Virus record (IMG/VR): IMGVR_UViG_3300007517_000025
Span: 1-29,921 of that record
Direction: 5' to 3' (one strand)
Source of the DNA: a virus
Taxonomy: Duplodnaviria > Caudoviricetes
DNA length: 29,921 nt
The notes under the pieces were generated by a model. It did not search any database and was not told where the DNA came from. It saw only the letters and a list, made by a program, of their open reading frames with translations. Shown here one piece after another: positions 1 through 6,563 of this stretch. Numbering within the stretch: the first letter of the stretch is position 1; every line of letters starts with the position of its first letter. A program made the translations under genes and the position numbers.

Positions 1-1287
1 ACCAGGTTCTCCTTCCATCAGTCGAGTAATAAAGTCCATAGCGTTTTGACCAGGATTGCCACTAAGAACTTCGTCAGCCCACTTATCGGCTTCTTCGCGG
101 GTTATCGCACCAAGGTACATTTCTGCGCTTACGCGAGTGAGGCGAGAGGGGAAAAATTTAAACATTTTCTCCAGACTTTTTGCGATTTCCTTCGCTGCAT
201 TTTCACGGATAGCTACTAGGGAACTTTCGTCAAAACCACCACCAACAATCTTTTCTACCTCACCCAAGATCGAAGCAAGATCGATATCATAAGCCTGACC
301 GATCTGATCGCCAATTGTGCGACCGAGTTCTTTCTCTGAAAGTTTTGATAGCTCGATCATCGTTTCGATCCCGTGTTCAAAATCTTTCGAGAAGTATTTT
401 TCGAGGCGATCAAGCAAATTGTTAATTGCCGAACTAGCTAGCTGTGGGTCGGCTTCTTCACCTTTGAGCGCCCCGATAATCTCTTCAAGCAGATCCATTA
501 TCTTTAGTCCGCGCCCAATATTCCCCAGTAATAGGTTACGAGCCTTCTTTACCGCTTCAGAAGCTTCGCTCAAAGGCCCTGCATAAACAGCGCCTTTTTC
601 ACCGAGAGTGACACCGGAGCCAAACGCCGATTTTATTCCGACTTTTCCACTTGCCTGTAAGTCGAGTCCAGCCCCGCTACCGTTAGCTACCGACAAATCT
701 CCATTTTCTAGGGCGTGTAAAAACGCTTTCGGTGATTCGATTCGCGCGTCACCATTTCTCGTGAGCTGTGATCGCGCGCCGCCAGCGGTAGCTGTTTGTA
801 CGTCTCCCTCACCCGAAATCGATTTAACCACACCGTGCGGATATGCTTCAATCTTGCTTTGATTCGTGTCGTCATTGGCGATCGTTACCCCGCCCGGAGT
901 CGTTTCGCCGTGCCGACCCTGAGCTCGATTGAAATCGGGATTTGGGCGATCGTATACATTAGGCAAGCAGTCTAGCAGCAGCAATTGGCGCATATCGCCC
1001 AGCATCGGAATCGCCGCGATCTGAGTTCCGGTTTGCAGTAGCCGATGACTGCCTCCAGCTTTTTCATTGACGGTGTATCTTTCGCCCACCCAGCACCAGC
1101 CGTCTTCAACATTACTGATTGAAGTATTTGGATCAATTAAGTCGATTTTGACTCGAATTCGACCCAGCCCTTTTGGGTCGTCTAAGTCGGTTACGGTTGC
1201 TGGCACCCACCCGATAACTTGCCCTGACTGCAAATTGGGAAAGTGCGCTTCGGGGAGTTCGGGATTTATAAATTGGTTGAGATCCAT
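1..1287 (-). CDS. Baseplate spike protein (gpV/gp5/VgrG-like OB-fold) with long helical C-terminal extension; 3' end runs off window
   Basis: Not in the ORF track (no stop in window). Manual translation from ATG 1287 is open for 429 codons: MDLNQFINPELPEAHFPNLQSGQVIGWVPATVTDLDDPKGLGRIRVKIDLID...; the ATVTD.DDP..LGRIRV motif is typical of gpV/gp5 N-termini and is followed by beta-rich repeats. Confidence 0.78.
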   Translation of the reverse strand, partial: MDLNQFINPELPEAHFPNLQSGQVIGWVPATVTDLDDPKGLGRIRVKIDLIDPNTSISNVEDGWCWVGERYTVNEKAGGSHRLLQTGTQIAAIPMLGDMRQLLLLDCLPNVYDRPNPDFNRAQGRHGETTPGGVTIANDDTNQSKIEAYPHGVVKSISGEGDVQTATAGGARSQLTRNGDARIESPKAFLHALENGDLSVANGSGAGLDLQASGKVGIKSAFGSGVTLGEKGAVYAGPLSEASEAVKKARNLLLGNIGRGLKIMDLLEEIIGALKGEEADPQLASSAINNLLDRLEKYFSKDFEHGIETMIELSKLSEKELGRTIGDQIGQAYDIDLASILGEVEKIVGGGFDESSLVAIRENAAKEIAKSLEKMFKFFPSRLTRVSAEMYLGAITREEADKWADEVLSGNPGQNAMDFITRLMEGEPG

Positions 1288-1299
1288 ATTTTTTGCAAT

Positions 1300-1335
1300 A
1301 AAAAATCCCCGACAGCTTTGTGGGCTGCCGAGGAT
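1300..1335 (-). terminator. Terminator-like hairpin immediately upstream of the spike gene
   Basis: Minus strand reads ATCCTCGGCAGC-loop-GCTGTCGGGGAT followed by a T-run, just before the ATG. Confidence 0.5.
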
Positions 1336-1401
1336 GGTTAAGCGAAGATATCTGTTGTTTTTATTATTGTAGTCGAGGTTTGGACAGTTGCGGGCGATCG
1401 T

Positions 1402-1443
1402 AAAAAAGAATTCTAGATAAATATTTATCTAGAATTCTTTTTT
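1402..1443. repeat. Perfect 42-bp palindrome with A/T tails (probably a bidirectional terminator)
   Basis: AAAAAAGAATTCTAGATAAAT|ATTTATCTAGAATTCTTTTTT. Confidence 0.85.
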
Positions 1444-1640
1444 GATACACTTCCGTTCGCAAGCAGATGTAATCTTTCCTTTCTTCTAGGTACAAGAACT
1501 GCTCGAATTGAACGTACAAGTCATCTCATTCGTTAGGCGAATAAGTAGTCGTAATAATAGTGTTAGAACACCGCTATTTTTGTTTCAATTTAAAGTATTG
1601 TTTGATATAATAGATTTGTACTAAAGAAATAACAACTCAT

Positions 1641-2126
1641 ATGCTATCAATCGAACAATACGAAGAAACTGCAATCGACTTTCGGTCGATAGCAACGATG
1701 CTTCTAGCCGACGCAGTGGTGTCTGAAACCGAAAACTCGGAAGACTCTGAGTTTCGTTCACTGCGCGAAAGGTTCTGCCAACCGCAACAAGACATTTGTG
1801 ATCTATTCGCATATGAGATATCTGAGTCGGGAATCGACATAGATGTTGAGGTAAAATCTGTCGAAGAAAGTATCAAAAAAATGATACTGGTGATCGATAC
1901 TGGCTTAAAAGATTTCACATTTGAAGAAATGTGGGAGACTGATAAGTCGGCTGCTCATAGAGAAGTCCTGCGCTGCGTAGGGCATGGAGTTTCGTTTTGG
2001 GACGATTGCGACCCCGAAGATTTTGGACAGTCCAGTCGCCCAGACGTAGGGAACTTTGAGAGTCCTTATGGTGAGGTATACGATGTCCTCGTCAAACTAA
2101 CAAATCACGAGCGCGAGTCGCATTAG
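1641..2126 (+). CDS. Acidic phage hypothetical protein (GHGxxFWD motif)
   Basis: 161-aa ORF with TATAAT upstream (~1606) and a terminator downstream; RCVGHGVSFWD resembles a motif recurrent in phage hypothetical proteins. Confidence 0.7.
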   Translation: MLSIEQYEETAIDFRSIATMLLADAVVSETENSEDSEFRSLRERFCQPQQDICDLFAYEISESGIDIDVEVKSVEESIKKMILVIDTGLKDFTFEEMWETDKSAAHREVLRCVGHGVSFWDDCDPEDFGQSSRPDVGNFESPYGEVYDVLVKLTNHERESH

Positions 2127-2143
2127 ACCGCATCTCGTAAAAC

Positions 2144-2180
2144 AAAAAACCAGCTACCAACAAGGTAACTGGTTTTTTTT
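2144..2180 (+). terminator. Rho-independent terminator
   Basis: AAAAAACCAGCTACC-AACAA-GGTAACTGGTTTTTTTT after the 1641..2126 ORF. Confidence 0.7.
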
Positions 2181-2275
2181 GTTTATGGGCGATCGCCCGA
2201 TCGGGATCGCTCTTCTTGAGACCCTGCGGTAGCGTAATATAAAATTGATCTTGATTTACACTATAAATTTTTCCT

Positions 2276-2569
2276 ATGCTCACTGATCATATTGCCAGCA
2301 TTTACTGGAGTTCATCGAAGGGATTGCGGCTGAAAGCGCTACGGGGAGAGGAATCTCCCCAGTCATTAAGCTCTCGCGCCGGACTGTCTAGGCAGTTTAT
2401 CGAAAGATTAGAGAGAAACCAGGCTAGTTCCACTACCAAGTCAAGGAAGTCTCCCGTCGTTGGATGGAAAGCCCTACAATCCTTGTGTGGGGCGCTTTCT
2501 ATCTCGATAGAAGACTTTCTGCAAGTCCAGACAATACGAAACCCAAAAGATTTTTCAGAAAGACCTTGA
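2276..2569 (+). CDS. XRE-family helix-turn-helix transcriptional regulator
   Basis: LRLKALRGEESPQSLSSRAGLSRQFIERLERN...LQSLCGALSISIEDFL fits the HTH_XRE pattern. Confidence 0.8.
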   Translation: MLTDHIASIYWSSSKGLRLKALRGEESPQSLSSRAGLSRQFIERLERNQASSTTKSRKSPVVGWKALQSLCGALSISIEDFLQVQTIRNPKDFSERP

Positions 2570-2597
2570 CACCTGCACCCACAGGGTGCATTATAAG
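2566..2597 (+). promoter_or_regulatory. Sigma70-like promoter with palindromic operator
   Basis: TTGACA (2566-2571), then TGCACCC-ACA-GGGTGCA (2574-2590), then TTATAAG; lies right after the XRE gene. Confidence 0.55.
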
Positions 2598-2625
2598 AGA
2601 TAACGTGCAAAAGCGAAGCAAAAAT

Positions 2626-2913
2626 ATGAGAACCATCGATATTACTGGACTGGATAAAGCTGAAATCTTGGCAGCTCTCTACAACAATTCAAAGCCGCTG
2701 GGTAAGGGCGTCTTTCATTATCAATCTAGGTTGATGACCGTTCAGGAGGCATCTGTAATACTACAGGAAGATACCTCCTTTGATTATTTAATGGGTCGCG
2801 TGATGAAAATCGATCTAAGTTCCGACACCCTTGACACATGGGGGTACGATCGGGACAATGGCGAAGGCGCAGCGCATCAAGCTATTTCACACATCAGCAA
2901 AAAATCGGTCTAA
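2626..2913 (+). CDS. Conserved phage hypothetical protein (95 aa)
   Basis: MRTIDITGLDKAEILAALYN...FDYLMGRVMKIDLS...YDRDNGEGAA resembles a widespread viral hypothetical family; ATG 2626 follows the promoter. Confidence 0.75.
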   Translation: MRTIDITGLDKAEILAALYNNSKPLGKGVFHYQSRLMTVQEASVILQEDTSFDYLMGRVMKIDLSSDTLDTWGYDRDNGEGAAHQAISHISKKSV

Positions 2914-3001
2914 CGCAATCGAAAAGGCAATAGCTGATGTCGCCGCCAACCTGCGGTATGTCCGAACAGAACCTCACACCTTTCCCACTCAAAAAAAACA
3001 G

Positions 3002-3073
3002 ATGAAATTTCAAACGATTCCCGATACGACAGGTGAAGGCCCCATAAATAGAGGGGACGGTAGAGGACGGTAA
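3002..3073 (+). CDS. 23-aa peptide MKFQTIPDTTGEGPINRGDGRGR (PatS/PatX-like RGxGR motif), copy 1
   Basis: ATG..TAA followed by a terminator; second copy at 5759..5830 differs at two synonymous positions only. Confidence 0.6.
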   Translation: MKFQTIPDTTGEGPINRGDGRGR

Positions 3074-3125
3074 ATTTTAAAACAAAAGCCCTAACCGATT
3101 AATTTTGGTTGGGGCTTTTGTTTTT
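3002..3125 (+). repeat. ~125-bp direct repeat (peptide ORF + terminator), copy 1
   Basis: Near-identical to 5759..5882; includes hairpin AAAACAAAAGCCCTAACC-loop-GGTTGGGGCTTTTGTTTT. Confidence 0.95.
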
Positions 3126-3159
3126 AACATCACAACACACTCAAAAAAAAGCAAAACAG

Positions 3160-4125
3160 ATGATAGGCTGGGATTTGTTTTCGGGAATTGGTGGGATCAA
3201 ATGTGGGATGGCGTTAGCTGGTATTAAGCAAGTGTTAGGTGTCGAGCTAGATCCCCGTGATCGTAAACTCTCAGAAGCCTTTATTGAGATTCATCTGATG
3301 AACGGCTGGAAAGGCACAAGGTTAGAGACTGTACAAGAATTCGCGGACTGTGGATGCCCTGTTTTACCTCGAAATGCCGATATAGCACTCATATCCCCAG
3401 TGTGCGCTGACTACTCAGTGGCGACAAACGGAACGCACAGAAGAAACGAGAAGCAGGCAATGATCCGTGCGTCTATGGATGCGATCGAGATAGGGATGCC
3501 GCGTTGCTTCACACTAGAACAAGTACCTATGTACCGAAAGTCTCCAGAGTTTGCGTACATGAGAGATCAGGCGGTGGCGATCGGGTACACTGTCAATAGC
3601 ACCGTCTTAAATATAGGCGCGGCTTTTGGGCAATTTAGACAGCGCTTAATTGTTACTGCCGCGCTAAATGCTAACTGGGAGTCACCCATACAGCCTGAGA
3701 TCCATAGTTGGTACGATGCGATTAAGGAGTTTATACCCGCGCTTGACCCGATCGCGCCTACCCCAAGACAGCAACAAGCGGTGATCGATTGGCAAGCGAG
3801 AAATCCCGATAAACTTGAAATGCCCCTCTATGTCGAGCGGGTGACTTGTGACAAAAAACCTAGAGCACGGGGACAGATGGAATTGATCCCGACTTTAATG
3901 AAGTCAAAATTTAGAGACGGTTCTAATAACGGGCGATCGAAAGTATCATGCCTGTACCTCCCCTCTACCGGAGATTGGTTAAACCTTAACTTAGAGGCTT
4001 ACGCACGGTTATCAGGTTTTCCAGACACTTTTAGATATCTCAATACACCGATAGTGGGTGCTGGATTCGGGTACAGTGTCCCCCCGCTATTTTATGCCTC
4101 ACTTCTGAGGACTATGCCCATTTAA
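3160..4125 (+). CDS. C5-cytosine DNA methyltransferase (Dcm-like, orphan)
   Basis: Motif I DLFSGIGG, IV SPVC, VI EQV, VIII QFRQR, IX/X ARLSGFPD...GYSVPP; ATG at 3160, after the terminator. Confidence 0.85.
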   Translation: MIGWDLFSGIGGIKCGMALAGIKQVLGVELDPRDRKLSEAFIEIHLMNGWKGTRLETVQEFADCGCPVLPRNADIALISPVCADYSVATNGTHRRNEKQAMIRASMDAIEIGMPRCFTLEQVPMYRKSPEFAYMRDQAVAIGYTVNSTVLNIGAAFGQFRQRLIVTAALNANWESPIQPEIHSWYDAIKEFIPALDPIAPTPRQQQAVIDWQARNPDKLEMPLYVERVTCDKKPRARGQMELIPTLMKSKFRDGSNNGRSKVSCLYLPSTGDWLNLNLEAYARLSGFPDTFRYLNTPIVGAGFGYSVPPLFYASLLRTMPI

Positions 4126-4140
4126 TTCCAACAGATACAT

Positions 4141-4221
4141 TTGACCCGGCAATTCCCGGCATTCCCTAAAGTGAAGGCCTCTTGAAATACTCCCCGACCT
4201 TAAGTCTGGGAAGTATTTCAA
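4141..4221. mobile_element. IS200/IS605 end-like hairpin element (possible miniature non-autonomous derivative)
   Basis: TTGAC at 4141, an imperfect hairpin, then TTGAAATACTCCCCGACCTTAAGTCTGGGAAGTATTTCAA, which ends like the IS right ends at 12538 and 14772. Confidence 0.4.
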
Positions 4222-4344
4222 CTTTTATTAACCAACCGAACACGTTACATTCCACCCTGCGTAAGGATTTCAGCGTCTAGATATTCGTCACGCCGAACAC
4301 CTTGCATCCTTTCCGAAATAGTGCTTTTAGCTTTTCCATTTATC

Positions 4345-4495
4345 AAGAAATGTCGCCGCATCTGGTCAAAGGCAATACTTTTCCGGTTGCCCACGCCCTT
4401 TTATTTCTTCGCTTTCAAAACGAAGTATTCCAAACGCTTGCTCTGTCTCGCTTTTGTACTTGAGCGCGACGTTACGATACCAGTCGCTTTGACAA
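4345..4495 (-). pseudogene. Rha-family phage regulatory protein fragment
   Basis: Minus-strand reading SDWYRNVALKYKSETEQAFGILRFESEEIKGRGQPEKYCL*, then a degenerate ...ATFL; resembles cyanobacterial Rha-family N-termini; no start codon. Confidence 0.55.
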
Positions 4496-4530
4496 TAAAA
4501 TACTTAAATCTGAGTTTGACGAGTTTGTAA

Positions 4531-4716
4531 GTAACGGGGAATCACCCTGTTAGTTTAAGTGATAAAAATGCTCTTGAAATGTTGATGGTTAGTCCGCGAT
4601 TGCACGAGTTAGAAGAATCGGAGAACGACAATAACAAGCGAGAATCACCTAACAAGTAGATAGATCCAGACGAATTTGAGTTTAACCATCGCTGTCCTAA
4701 ATGCAGTTTTGAGTAA
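4531..4716 (+). pseudogene. Remnant of a phage protein with a C-terminal CxxC knuckle (ParB-like gene tail)
   Basis: VTGNH...ESPNK*IDPDEFEFNHRCPKCSFE* with an in-frame TAG at 4657. Confidence 0.4.
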
Positions 4717-4933
4717 TAACCAATTCTTGCGCGTTGCTATGCGGATTGATTAAATCTCGTCGCATCTGGTCAAAACCAAACCCGCTGTCACTGCGGGTTT
4801 TTAATGTCAATTAGGAAGTTCAGTTATTACAAAAGTAGTCATTGATCACCTTGTCAAGATGTTTACTTACCCTGTACAAATTAATTGGGCGGACTGAAAA
4901 CAAACAGTCCACCCATTCCTAGCATTAGTCTTT

Positions 4934-5596
4934 CTATTCGTCAGGGGATGCGTTTAAGTGAGCTTGCTCTAGCGTCATGTCTAGTTTGTTGGCTACAGTC
5001 GGAAATTCGGCAATCATCACATCTGATAACTCAAACCACTCACCTCGCAACCAATAAGCTTGGTAGTAGTCGTGCAAAGCCTTTTCTAGGGCGATACAGT
5101 CAAAAGTAAAGATGCGATGCACTAGCTTGATCTCTATGGGAGATCCAACTTGAAGGCTAGACATCCGCTTGTATGGCTCTTTTGACATCCCGATTTTATA
5201 CCAGCCCTTAACGGACATAGCTAAATAGACAAAGCCAGTATTATCAGTTACTGCTGGATTGCTGGCGGTGTAATCGAAAAAAGCAGACGATGATTTAAAA
5301 GTTTTCAACGTACTTATCAGCCACTTGCGAAAAACTTTAGTTTCCGGTTTGCGACTTGACAGCACGAGAGTAAGCATTCCAGACTCTGAGATTATTACTG
5401 TAGTTGGGTTTCCCCGGTTTCCATCATGTAGGATAACAGTATTTTTTTCGTCTTCGTCAAGACGACGCACCGATTGGGTAACATCAGTAAGATTCAGAAT
5501 GGCACAAACGTCTTTAGCTACAAACCAAGGCTTCCCATCTTCAGTAATTACTCGAACCTGTTGATCGTTGAAGTCGTATCGTGTTAGATTATTCAT
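4934..5596 (-). CDS. Bro-N domain + T5orf172/MUG113 (GIY-YIG-like) domain protein
   Basis: VRVITEDGKPWFVAKDVC...ISESG...FRKW (Bro-N); GFVYL..YKIGMS..KRMSSLQVGSP...LEKALH...RGEWF (T5orf172). Confidence 0.9.
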   Translation of the reverse strand: MNNLTRYDFNDQQVRVITEDGKPWFVAKDVCAILNLTDVTQSVRRLDEDEKNTVILHDGNRGNPTTVIISESGMLTLVLSSRKPETKVFRKWLISTLKTFKSSSAFFDYTASNPAVTDNTGFVYLAMSVKGWYKIGMSKEPYKRMSSLQVGSPIEIKLVHRIFTFDCIALEKALHDYYQAYWLRGEWFELSDVMIAEFPTVANKLDMTLEQAHLNASPDE

Positions 5597-5695
5597 TATG
5601 TCGGCCTGTGAATTAGGTTGACTGCGATCGCAGATGGGTTCATGTCGAGTGAACCCGATCGCCTTTTTATTATAACCTAAAAAGTATCAGAAATA

Positions 5696-5726
5696 TTGAC
5701 ATTGCAAGCGCAACGCCTATTACAAT
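5696..5726 (+). promoter_or_regulatory. Candidate promoter for peptide copy 2
   Basis: TTGACA 5696-5701 and TACAAT 5721-5726 (19-nt spacer, non-optimal). Confidence 0.45.
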
Positions 5727-5758
5727 AAAGCGATACATCTCGTTAATCAATTAGTAAA

Positions 5759-5830
5759 ATGAAATTTCAAACGATTCCCGATACGACAGGTGAAGGCCCC
5801 ATAAACAGAGGGGACGGCAGAGGACGGTAA
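5759..5830 (+). CDS. 23-aa PatS/PatX-like peptide, copy 2
   Basis: Same peptide as copy 1 (AAT>AAC and GGT>GGC, both synonymous); own candidate promoter and terminator. Confidence 0.62.
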   Translation: MKFQTIPDTTGEGPINRGDGRGR

Positions 5831-5882
5831 ATTTTAAAACAAAAGCCACAACCGATTAATTTTGGCTGGGGCTTTTGTTTTT
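5759..5882 (+). repeat. ~125-bp direct repeat, copy 2 (terminator probably also serves the convergent late operon)
   Basis: Matches 3002..3125 with about five substitutions. Confidence 0.95.
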
Positions 5883-6109
5883 TAATTAGGGGGATTTATC
5901 TCGATATTTTCTATGTTGCGGGCTCCAACTTTCTCGTGGTCTGGTTGTACAGCAGCCCCTCCAGCAGCACCGATCGCCGTTGATGCTAGAGTTGCGGCGA
6001 TCGAGAAAGAAGTCGAATCTAGTTTGGCGAAAGCGGCGATCGCAAAAATCAACAGTCCGATCGTAGACAGCCAAAGAGGAGTAAGCGCACGAATCGTGTT
6101 TTCAGACAT
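5882..6109 (-). CDS. Small two-TM membrane protein, putative holin
   Basis: Two hydrophobic segments and a polar C-tail; last gene of an operon containing peptidoglycan hydrolases. Confidence 0.5.
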   Translation of the reverse strand: MSENTIRALTPLWLSTIGLLIFAIAAFAKLDSTSFSIAATLASTAIGAAGGAAVQPDHEKVGARNIENIEINPPN

Positions 6110-6114
6110 GGTAT

Positions 6115-6561
6115 TTAGTATTCAAAAGTAACGTAGTTAAGTGGATCTCGCAGTGCCTTGGCTGTCGCAGAAGACAGACCAAAACTGCCAGCTTTCCAGG
6201 CGGCACGGTTCCATACAGAAGGGTTTTCCATACCACCACGAGGGACAGCTTCGAGATTGAGGTTTTCGTCGTAAAACGAAATTCGCCACCAAGCCGAGCC
6301 GACAATCTCGTGGTTTGGTGGTTGTCCTCGGTACAGCGTTTCTCCGTCGTTCATATCGCCCTCTATGTCACGACGGGAAAATTTAGCATTAGGGTTGGGT
6401 GGTCTAATAGGTTTCAATGTTTTAACTCGCCAGCGAACTAAAGTATAATTACTGTAAACTGAGTATCCAATAATTCGCCACCCGACCTCTGCTGGATCGG
6501 GTCTTTTTTTGCGACGTGAATCGTCAAACAAAGGCATCTGAAAAAAAGTTGGATGCAGCAT
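6115..6561 (-). CDS. Phage hypothetical protein
   Basis: 148-aa ORF tightly packed between co-oriented genes. Confidence 0.7.
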   Translation of the reverse strand: MLHPTFFQMPLFDDSRRKKRPDPAEVGWRIIGYSVYSNYTLVRWRVKTLKPIRPPNPNAKFSRRDIEGDMNDGETLYRGQPPNHEIVGSAWWRISFYDENLNLEAVPRGGMENPSVWNRAAWKAGSFGLSSATAKALRDPLNYVTFEY

Positions 6562-6563
6562 AG

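Noticed and set aside
25-85. NAMDF similarity between the spike extension and the ~70-aa repeat of the 23401..24960 protein
   Set aside because: Match too short to support homology by eye
56-1372. Plus-strand ORFs 56..292, 317..586, 608..862, 1067..1372
   Set aside because: Antisense shadows of the minus-strand spike gene 1..1287
3050-3058. RGD integrin-binding motif in the peptide
   Set aside because: No eukaryotic context; in a cyanobacterial phage the RGxGR reading is more relevant
2464-3159. Long N-terminal extensions given by the ORF track (starts 2464, 2831, 3109)
   Set aside because: They run through the XRE gene, a promoter or a terminator; internal ATGs at 2626, 3002 and 3160 fit better
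4353-4774. 18-bp near-direct repeat TCGxCGCATCTGGTCAAA (~4353 and ~4757) as att sites
   Set aside because: No integrase in the window and it lies in decayed sequence; more likely a rearrangement scar
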